Positions 41,801 through 48,735 of a DNA stretch of 48,735 nt are shown one piece after another. Position 1 is the first letter of the stretch, and each line of letters starts with the position of its first letter. The position numbers and the translations under genes are program-made. The notes beneath the pieces were generated by a model. That model did not search any database, had not been told where the DNA came from, and saw only the letters and a list, made by a program, of their open reading frames with translations. The DNA is from Burkholderiales bacterium (GTDB taxonomy: Bacteria > Pseudomonadota > Gammaproteobacteria > Burkholderiales > Burkholderiaceae_C): the NCBI GenBank assembly GCA_028869095.1, contig JAGWTE010000001.1:1-48735 (forward strand). The letters are read 5' to 3'.

Positions 41801-42421
41801 ATGAGCTCACGTATTCCATCCACCGTGTTGGCCGCGTTGTTGGGCCTGACGACCCTGGCGCCCATGGGGGGCACCGCGCAAGCTGCCGCCCCCACGACCG
41901 CCCCCACAGCGGCGGCGGCTGCCGCGCAGACCCTGGTGCCCGCCGGCAGCGAGGTCACCTTCGTGGCCAAGCAACTGGGCGTGCCCTTGAACGGGCGCTT
42001 CAAGACCTTCTCGGCCCAACTGGCGTTTGATCCCAAACAGCCCCAGACCAGCAAGGTGGCCTTCCAGATCGATCTGGGCAGCGTGGCCCTGAACGCCGAC
42101 GCCGATGCCGAACTGGTCAAGCCCGAGTGGTTCAACACCGCCAAGTTTCCCAAGGCCACCTTCCAGTCGGCCGCCATCAAGGCCACCGGGCCGGGCCACT
42201 TCGATGTGAGCGGCAAGCTCAGCATCAAGGGTCAGGTGCACGACCTGATCGTGCCGGTGCAGCTGACCCAGGCCCAGGGCGTGAGCACCGCCACCGGCAG
42301 CTTTGTGATCAAGCGCCTGGACTTCAAGGTGGGTGATGGCGAATGGGCCGACCCCTCTGTGGTCGCCAATGATGTTCAGGTCAAGTTCAAGCTGGTCTTG
42401 CAGGGCGTGCCCGCGCTGTGA
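41801..42421 (+). CDS. YceI-family protein
   Basis: Signal peptide; WF...KFP.ATF.S, G.L.IKG, KRLDF.VG. Confidence 0.88.
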   Translation: MSSRIPSTVLAALLGLTTLAPMGGTAQAAAPTTAPTAAAAAAQTLVPAGSEVTFVAKQLGVPLNGRFKTFSAQLAFDPKQPQTSKVAFQIDLGSVALNADADAELVKPEWFNTAKFPKATFQSAAIKATGPGHFDVSGKLSIKGQVHDLIVPVQLTQAQGVSTATGSFVIKRLDFKVGDGEWADPSVVANDVQVKFKLVLQGVPAL

Positions 42422-42507
42422 GGCTGTTCATCCCCGTTATCGCACACGTCCAACCCGTGTTTTCAACCCGTCTGTCTGACACGTTTCCTTCTCTCAGGAG
42501 CTCTCTC

Positions 42508-43086
42508 ATGAACCGCACTTTTGTTCAAACCGTGATCGCTGCGTCTTTGCTGGCCTCGGGCGCTGCCATGGCTGCCGCTGACACCTACGCCATCGACCCC
42601 ACCCACACCTACGTCACCTTTGAGGCGCGCCACTTTGGCACCTCTACCAACCGTGGCCGCTTTGACAAGAAGAGCGGCACCGTGACCCTGGACCGTGCAG
42701 CCAAGACCGGCAAGGTGGACGTGACGCTGGAAACAGGTTCGATCAACACCGGCTACGAGGCCTTCAACAAGCACCTCAAGAGCAAGGACTTCTTCAACGC
42801 CGAAGCCTTCCCCAACGCCACGTTTGTGAGCGACAAGGTGATCTTTGAGGGCGACAAGGTGTCGGCCGTGGTGGGCACCCTGACGCTGTTGGGCAAGGGC
42901 CAGACGGTCACGCTCAAGGCCAACAACTACAACTGTTATCAAAACCCCATGCTCAAGCGCGAAGTGTGTGGCGGTGATTTCGACACCACCATCACCCGCA
43001 GCGAGTTCGGCATGGACTACGGCATCGCGTACGGCATCCCGGACGCCGTGCACCTGGTCATCCAGATCGAAGCCGTCAAGCAGTAA
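42508..43086 (+). CDS. YceI-family protein
   Basis: AGGAG RBS; IDPTHT, HLKSKDFF, RSEFG, IEA. Confidence 0.9.
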   Translation: MNRTFVQTVIAASLLASGAAMAAADTYAIDPTHTYVTFEARHFGTSTNRGRFDKKSGTVTLDRAAKTGKVDVTLETGSINTGYEAFNKHLKSKDFFNAEAFPNATFVSDKVIFEGDKVSAVVGTLTLLGKGQTVTLKANNYNCYQNPMLKREVCGGDFDTTITRSEFGMDYGIAYGIPDAVHLVIQIEAVKQ

Positions 43087-43115
43087 GGTTTGAGTCAGGC
43101 CTGAACGGTGTCAGC

Positions 43116-43964
43116 TTAGAAGGTACTGGAGTTGATGCCGCTGTCTTGCGGGATGTTGAGTCGATCCACCACCCGCGAGGTCGCCAGCTGGAAGGACTGG
43201 AAGTGCAGCCCCACTTGCTCGGCAATGGGCTGCAATTCGGCCCAGACAGCAGTGGGGTTGTCGATGGTGTGCGGGTTGAGCAGCAAACCATCGACCGCAG
43301 CGCCGATGGCCAGCAAGCGCTGAACCGCAGGACGCTCTTGCGCCCATTGGCTCGGGGCGTGGGGCCGGGCTCGCACGCCGTCGGAGATGTCTTTGGACAA
43401 ACCCCAGGCTTGGCACAGGGCGGCGCCCAGGGCCGAGTGGCTCACGCCAAAGGCTTCGATTTCGGCGGCGCACAGCAGCGCCTCATCATCTTGTTCGGCA
43501 CCCAGACTGGTGTAGCGCTGGCGGTCGTAGGCAAACAATACGGCCCGGCCGCTTTCGGCAAACAGGCCCAGGGTGTGGGCATGCCAGGGGTCGATGTCCA
43601 GTTGGCGAGCAATGCGGCCCATGGCCAAGCCGCGCACACCGGCGCGGTCCCAGATGTTTTGCAGCAAGGGGCTGGGCGGGAAGGCGCCACGCAGGCCAAT
43701 CTCATACGTCAGGCCAGCGACCTGCGCCATGCCCAGATAGCGGATACCGTCGTGCACGCTTTCGACCCGCTTGAGCAGGCCAAACAGCGCCGAGTTCACC
43801 GTGCGAACGATGGCCGCAGACAGGGCCATGTCGGTTTCGATCAACTCGGACATCTGGTCGATCGAGGCGTTTTCATCGGCCATCAACAAGGACAGCTTGA
43901 CCAGTGTCTGAGGACAGGCGGGCAGGTCGATGTTGAGGTTACGCAGTTGGGGGGCAATGCTCAT
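43116..43964 (-). CDS. Stand-alone HDOD-domain protein
   Basis: LP..P, D.ALSA.I...VNSA.FG, AHTLGLF, E...FGVSH..LGA.L...WGL. Confidence 0.85.
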   Translation of the reverse strand: MSIAPQLRNLNIDLPACPQTLVKLSLLMADENASIDQMSELIETDMALSAAIVRTVNSALFGLLKRVESVHDGIRYLGMAQVAGLTYEIGLRGAFPPSPLLQNIWDRAGVRGLAMGRIARQLDIDPWHAHTLGLFAESGRAVLFAYDRQRYTSLGAEQDDEALLCAAEIEAFGVSHSALGAALCQAWGLSKDISDGVRARPHAPSQWAQERPAVQRLLAIGAAVDGLLLNPHTIDNPTAVWAELQPIAEQVGLHFQSFQLATSRVVDRLNIPQDSGINSSTF

Positions 43965-44055
43965 GACGGACTCACGGTAGTCAGTCAGAGTCTAGGCCGA
44001 CCCCGCCGTTCGTCAAATACCAAAGAATGCGGAGAATGTCCGGCTTTCTCGATCT

Positions 44056-45156
44056 TTATCGCAGCACCGCATTCCATTGAGGGCTTTGTCTGGTGTAGCT
44101 TGGTAACCCCTGGTTACGTCTGAACTCACTGGGCGGCATGCCCTTCCAGCGACGGAAGGCTTCGATGAAGGTGGTCACGTCGGCGTAGCCCAGACGTTGG
44201 GCGATCTCGCCGTGCGTCAGGTTGGCGGTGATCATCAGACCTTCTGCCAGGGTGGATCGTACTTCTTCGAGCAGGTTGCGGAAGGTGGTACCTTCAGCCG
44301 TGAGGTGACGGCGCAGGGTGCGCGAGGTTATGTGCATCTCTGCGGCGATGTCTTCCATGTCCGGGATGCGACCGGGTGTGCGCAAAAGGCGGTCGCGCAC
44401 CTGAGCGGCCACGCCGGTGCGGGTGTAGCGCGCTTCGACCAACTGGCGGCACATTTGCTCGCAGTGGTTGACGGTCTGGCGCACCGGCTCGCTCAAAGGG
44501 CGAGTCAGGATGTCGACATCGAAAATGCCGCTGTCCTGGGTCTGACCAAAGAGGGGCCGCACGCCGAAGAACTCGGTGTAGGTCTGGGCCAACTCGGCAG
44601 ACGGCTCGGCCCGTTGCATGCGCACCTCGTGATACGGAATCGGCGAGCCGATGATCTCGCGCTGCAAGGTGATGGCGCAAGCGCGGTCGCGGTCCAGCAC
44701 GAAGGTGCGTACATCGGCGGGCACATGGTCCGAATCGAAACGAGCCACGATGTGATCGTCCACACGGTCCACACGGTCCACGCGGTGGCGCGTCAGCAAG
44801 ATGGTGTGGCTCATCATGCGGGAGGCCATGTTGATGGCGCTGCCCCAGGTGAGACTGCCGACGACGGCGTAGCCCCACAGGCCATAGGTGTGCAGGTGGT
44901 AACGGCTGCCAGCCAGCAAGCCCAGATGTGGGATCTGAGGCAAGGCCGTGACCAGGTTGCGGATCAACTGGAGTTCTTGCGCCGGCTCGATGCGGGCGTG
45001 GTCGTCATCCAGCATGGCCCGGCTGATGCCGGTGTCCGCCAACAGCACATCCAGGTCCGCGCCTTGTTCCACGCCTGTCTGGGCGAGGATTCGGGCGGAG
45101 ACCATGCTGCGTCGCGCATCCCAGACGCTACCTTTACTGCTTGGTTTGCTGATCAT
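44056..45156 (-). CDS. AraC-family transcriptional regulator
   Basis: C-terminal RTLRRHL..EG..F, IA..LGY.D...F..AFRRW.G..P. Confidence 0.9.
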   Translation of the reverse strand: MISKPSSKGSVWDARRSMVSARILAQTGVEQGADLDVLLADTGISRAMLDDDHARIEPAQELQLIRNLVTALPQIPHLGLLAGSRYHLHTYGLWGYAVVGSLTWGSAINMASRMMSHTILLTRHRVDRVDRVDDHIVARFDSDHVPADVRTFVLDRDRACAITLQREIIGSPIPYHEVRMQRAEPSAELAQTYTEFFGVRPLFGQTQDSGIFDVDILTRPLSEPVRQTVNHCEQMCRQLVEARYTRTGVAAQVRDRLLRTPGRIPDMEDIAAEMHITSRTLRRHLTAEGTTFRNLLEEVRSTLAEGLMITANLTHGEIAQRLGYADVTTFIEAFRRWKGMPPSEFRRNQGLPSYTRQSPQWNAVLR

Positions 45157-45254
45157 GACCGGCCACAACTCTTTTTGTTACAAATCTGTTGTGACCCATT
45201 ATGGGGCGGCCTTATGTCAATTGGTATCGGCTATTCAGACACCTCGACTTCAGT

Positions 45255-46421
45255 TTAGGCAACTAAACTTTCGTCTTTTCGGACAGGCGCCAGCTTCCAC
45301 AAAGACGTGACTTCGGCGGCGCGAGCGCGGTGCAGCGGGTCGCTGGGATCGCTGGCTTTGGGGTGGCGCGGGCGGATGTCTTGCCGGCCGGTGACTTGGA
45401 GCCCGGCGGCGGCGATCCAGCCCAGCAGGTCTTCGCGCGAGCGCAGCCCCAGGTGTTCGGCCAGGTCGGACAGGATCAGCCAGCCTTCGCCCTGAGGGGT
45501 GAGGTGGGCCGCCAGACCGGACAGAAAGCCTTTGAGCATGGCGCTGTCCGGGTCGTAGACCGCGTATTCAATGGGCGAGCTGGGTTTGGCGGGCACCCAA
45601 GGCGGGTTGCACACCACCAAGGGGGCGCGGCCTTCGGGGAAGAGGTCCACCTTTTGCAGCTCGACCTGGGGCTGCAACTTCAGGCGAGTCAGGTTGTCTT
45701 GGGCGCAAGCCAGGGCCCGGTCGGACTGGTCGGTGGCCACGATGCGCTGGACGCCGCGCTTGGCCAGCACGGCGGCCAACACGCCGCTGCCGGTGCCAAT
45801 GTCAAACGCGAGGGTCTTGTCAGGCAAAGGGGCTTGGGCGACGAGGTCGACATACTCGCCCCGCACGGGCGAGAACACGCCGTAGTGCGCATGGATGCGG
45901 TCTTGCAAGGCCGGGATTTCGACGCCTTTCTTGCGCCACTCGTGCGCGCCGATCAGGCCCAGCAGTTCGCGCAGGGAGGCGACATAGGGCTCCGAGCCGG
46001 GGCCATAAGCTTCCAGGCAGGCTTGCTGTGCGTCAGGGGCCCGGCGCAAAGGGATGCGGTGGTCGGCCTCGAAAGGGATCAGCACCATGCCCAGGATGTG
46101 CGCGCGCTGGCCTTGCAGTTGGCGGTGTTGGTGAAACGCTTGCGTGGCCGTGGTGGCCGCAGCGGGTTTGTGGCGCGCGGGCTTGCGGTCCAGCCGGCGC
46201 ATCAAGGCTTGCAGCAGATGGCGCGCGTTTTGAAAGTCGCCACACCACAGCAGGGCGGTGCCCTCGCACGCCAGCTTGTAGGCCTGGTCGGCAGGCATGC
46301 GGTCATCGGCCATGACGACTCGCTTGGGCGGCGGCACGGCCGCTTCAGATCGCCACAGGGCGTCGCGTTCGGTGCCGTCTTGGGTCCAGTGGATGCGGGG
46401 GAGGGCGCTAGCAGGGCTCAT
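45255..46421 (-). CDS. Class I SAM-dependent methyltransferase (NPPW type)
   Basis: FDIGTGSG and VCNPPW motifs. Confidence 0.88.
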   Translation of the reverse strand: MSPASALPRIHWTQDGTERDALWRSEAAVPPPKRVVMADDRMPADQAYKLACEGTALLWCGDFQNARHLLQALMRRLDRKPARHKPAAATTATQAFHQHRQLQGQRAHILGMVLIPFEADHRIPLRRAPDAQQACLEAYGPGSEPYVASLRELLGLIGAHEWRKKGVEIPALQDRIHAHYGVFSPVRGEYVDLVAQAPLPDKTLAFDIGTGSGVLAAVLAKRGVQRIVATDQSDRALACAQDNLTRLKLQPQVELQKVDLFPEGRAPLVVCNPPWVPAKPSSPIEYAVYDPDSAMLKGFLSGLAAHLTPQGEGWLILSDLAEHLGLRSREDLLGWIAAAGLQVTGRQDIRPRHPKASDPSDPLHRARAAEVTSLWKLAPVRKDESLVA

Positions 46422-46451
46422 GTGGCGGCCAGTGTACGAGCCAAACCGGCT

Positions 46452-46616
46452 CTCGAATGGGTGTCCTGGTTCAACCATCACCAACTACTTGAATCCATCG
46501 CGTACATACCTACTGCAGAAGCTGAGGCCAAGCGCTACCTGCAACTTGCCAGTCAAGCCACTACGGTGAAGGCGAGACTTAAACCAAGTAGTCTCCACGA
46601 AACCAAGGGAGATTCA
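46452..46616 (+). mobile_element. Degenerate IS3-family fragment (transposase C-terminus plus right inverted repeat)
   Basis: Translates LEWVSWFNHHQLLESIAYIPTAEAE, like the end of IS3 OrfB; ends CTCCACGAAACCAAGGGAGATTCA (IS3-type terminal CA). Confidence 0.8.
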
Positions 46617-46781
46617 GGCGTTGGGCAAAGGCCCAATCGGTTTCGCGGTACTGCGTAGTCACAACGCGCACCGGGCCGCCTTGCGTCACGTCGAATCGAA
46701 ACCAGTTTAAATGAGCGTCCGCTCAATTCTCATTCTGCTGCAAAGGTCGACGAGGAGAAATTAACCGGTGCTTTAAAGAAA

Positions 46782-47294
46782 TCAATTGATGCAACCAAAC
46801 CTCTTCAATGCATTACCGAAGGATTTAGCAACCCCCTTATTTTTAATGGTCATCTTTGCAAAATCCGTCAATTGATCATCATTTTTACAAACATCAATCT
46901 CGTCACCAGCCATCTTGAATAGTTGAAATGTTCGCGTCATTTCAGATTTTGGGTCCTCAACCTCATATTCATAAATGAGGTACGCTCCTCCAATGTATAA
47001 ATATATTGGCTTTTTAAGTGGACCCGCACAAGCAGGTAGGCTCTTGCCTGGCTCCGGAGAAATCAGGTCAACATATTTACCGTTTTTTTGTAGCAAACCG
47101 CATGAAGGCACATTATCCCCATCTTTAACATACCTTACGGCTATTGGGGACATCACCTCTGGCGCTACACACTGTTCGGGCACAAATTCAAGAATTCGCT
47201 TTGCATTCAATCGGGCAGATACAGCGCTGGCATCCTCTCCCGCCGCAAAAAAAGGCACCAATACCAGCATGCCCAAAAAGAAATTTCTATACAT
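46782..47294 (-). CDS. Exported hypothetical protein, candidate T6SS immunity protein
   Basis: Signal-like N-terminus, five Cys, AT-rich; starts 3 nt after the GH19 stop codon. Confidence 0.65.
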   Translation of the reverse strand: MYRNFFLGMLVLVPFFAAGEDASAVSARLNAKRILEFVPEQCVAPEVMSPIAVRYVKDGDNVPSCGLLQKNGKYVDLISPEPGKSLPACAGPLKKPIYLYIGGAYLIYEYEVEDPKSEMTRTFQLFKMAGDEIDVCKNDDQLTDFAKMTIKNKGVAKSFGNALKRFGCIN

Positions 47295-47297
47295 TCA

Positions 47298-48188
47298 TCA
47301 TTCCTCAGCATCAGAGAGAGAAGAAATCCGATCCTCGGCGTGAGCAATCATGCTTTTAGGCCTTTTGAAACCAAATCTGCCGCGCTTTTGTTCATCTTTC
47401 AATTCAAGAAATCGACGATAGCCGATGAGAGCGAGTTTCCCATCCTTTTTAACTCCATGCTTATCCGAATCTGCATCATGCCAAAGCCCCCAAGCAAAAG
47501 CGGCATCCGAAATACTGTTTGCAGCGCTATTTTCCAAAAAAAACTGCGAAAAATTTAAGCATTCATTCCTAGACTGGCATATGTCAACCAACAAGGCCGA
47601 GGCGGCCCTTCCTAAAATTTTTACCCGATCATCGTACCCATTGAACGCGCCGTTAATAGCCTGGGTTATATACACAATGTCATTTTTATCAGCATAAACA
47701 TTAAGCGATGGCTTCGTTTTTACCGACCAATACCAACCTGCCGAATCCGTTGCCCACTTAATTTCTTCCAGCTTCACCTTTTTGTCGTCGGAAAAATCCT
47801 CGCCCACATAACCTCCATAAGCGACATACCCGTCTTTATAGGTTATTTGTATCAAGCCCCGCCCTTTATATCCATCGTAAACATCCTTCTCAGCCTTCCC
47901 TTTAGGCAAAACCTCGGAAAGCAGCGCGAGTTGTCCTGTCTCATGGCCAACCTGCGCCAAAAAATGCGCTTTTCGAATACACGTATTGATTTGGTATTTT
48001 GAGAAAGTTGAGTTTAAGTGGGGCAGGAATTTTTCCAATCTCTCCTTTGACTGAGCACTGAATGTTCGTCCTAACTCAGCAAGCGTCACATCCCTATTGC
48101 ATGCACAAGTTAGAGACACCTGCTCCCGAAAACTGTTATCAATTCTTGGCTTCGCAGCTTTCAAAGGCTTCTTTTTAGTGCTTTTCAT
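47298..48188 (-). CDS. Glycoside hydrolase family 19 protein, candidate T6SS peptidoglycan-degrading effector
   Basis: AHFLAQVGHET, YKGRGLIQIT, SAGWYW, INGAFNG..DR; no signal peptide; ATGA overlap with vgrG. Confidence 0.85.
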   Translation of the reverse strand: MKSTKKKPLKAAKPRIDNSFREQVSLTCACNRDVTLAELGRTFSAQSKERLEKFLPHLNSTFSKYQINTCIRKAHFLAQVGHETGQLALLSEVLPKGKAEKDVYDGYKGRGLIQITYKDGYVAYGGYVGEDFSDDKKVKLEEIKWATDSAGWYWSVKTKPSLNVYADKNDIVYITQAINGAFNGYDDRVKILGRAASALLVDICQSRNECLNFSQFFLENSAANSISDAAFAWGLWHDADSDKHGVKKDGKLALIGYRRFLELKDEQKRGRFGFKRPKSMIAHAEDRISSLSDAEE

Positions 48189-48735
48189 AACTCACCGTCA
48201 TATTCCGCATGTTCGCGAGGAGAGGGAGGCGCACTAATACCTTGCCCAAACTCAAAGTATTCATATATTTCAAAATCTTCTTGCTGCAAGTCTGTGTAAT
48301 ATCTCTCCGTGCATCCTTCTCCATCGGTTACACCCCTGAGCACGACCGCACCCGATGATCGTTCTACTAATTCGTAGGAAAAACCTTTTATGGGCTGATC
48401 ATTTGGTCCCTTGACGACAAATTGAATGCTATTAATACCAAGTGGCTTGATTGTTGAAGACGGCATCACCATTAACGAAGCCCCGCCACCTCCTCCAGCG
48501 CCCCACTCATGCGTAGCGCCCTTCACCGTCCAGTTCCCCGGACAGGTGAAGGTGATGTCTCCACCCTTGATCACAATGGCCGATTGCCCGGCTGACAAGG
48601 TGATGCTGTCCTTAGCCTGAATGCGAATCTCATCTGTCGTGCTTTGCACAGTGATGCCTTGATCCGCCCAGATCTGCTGCGCATCCGTGTGCGCACGCAA
48701 GCTCAAGCCACCATTGGCTGTGATGGCCTTGATGC
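48185..48735 (-). CDS. vgrG: 3' end of a T6SS VgrG (DUF2345 region plus C-terminal extension), partial
   Basis: Frame open to the window edge: IKAITANGGLSLRAHTD..EIRIQAK..ITL.AGQS.I...GGDITFTCPG..TVKGATH, then G.TD.EG.T. Confidence 0.8.
   Translation of the reverse strand, partial: IKAITANGGLSLRAHTDAQQIWADQGITVQSTTDEIRIQAKDSITLSAGQSAIVIKGGDITFTCPGNWTVKGATHEWGAGGGGGASLMVMPSSTIKPLGINSIQFVVKGPNDQPIKGFSYELVERSSGAVVLRGVTDGEGCTERYYTDLQQEDFEIYEYFEFGQGISAPPSPREHAEYDGEL

Noticed and set aside
45330-46658. 442-aa + strand ORF ending in transposase-like residues
   Set aside because: Chance in-frame join of the methyltransferase antisense shadow and the IS fragment; not a transposase gene.
46712-46769. 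lacO-like palindrome TGAGCG-TC-CGCTCA and GTCGAC-GAGGAGAAATTA-ACCGGT, resembling a vector RBS between SalI and AgeI sites
   Set aside because: Short matches, no ORF follows and no other vector sequence is visible; most likely coincidence (a VecScreen run would settle it).

Overview
High-GC betaproteobacterial chromosome segment (Burkholderiales; Aquabacterium/Comamonadaceae-like by gene order, which is an inference) spanning the replication origin. The backbone is gyrB(partial)-dnaN-[oriC]-dnaA <> rpmH-rnpA-yidD-yidC ... mnmE ... kdsD-kdsC-lptC ... mnmG-rsmG-parA ... parB, with three parS palindromes inside mnmG/rsmG and DnaA boxes both between genes and inside dnaA and rnpA. Accessory genes repeatedly interrupt it: two paralogous 'outer-membrane beta-barrel + small PBP-like protein' modules without ABC partners (the second barrel has an apparent 1-nt frameshift), hybrid kinases, a kinase-less PAS-PAS-REC protein, HD-GYP, tandem GGEEF and HDOD proteins, a cNMP-binding protein and several small low-complexity proteins. 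The right end holds an IS3-family remnant and an AT-rich VgrG(DUF2345)-GH19 effector-candidate immunity cassette. All calls come from motif recognition by eye; no searches were run.
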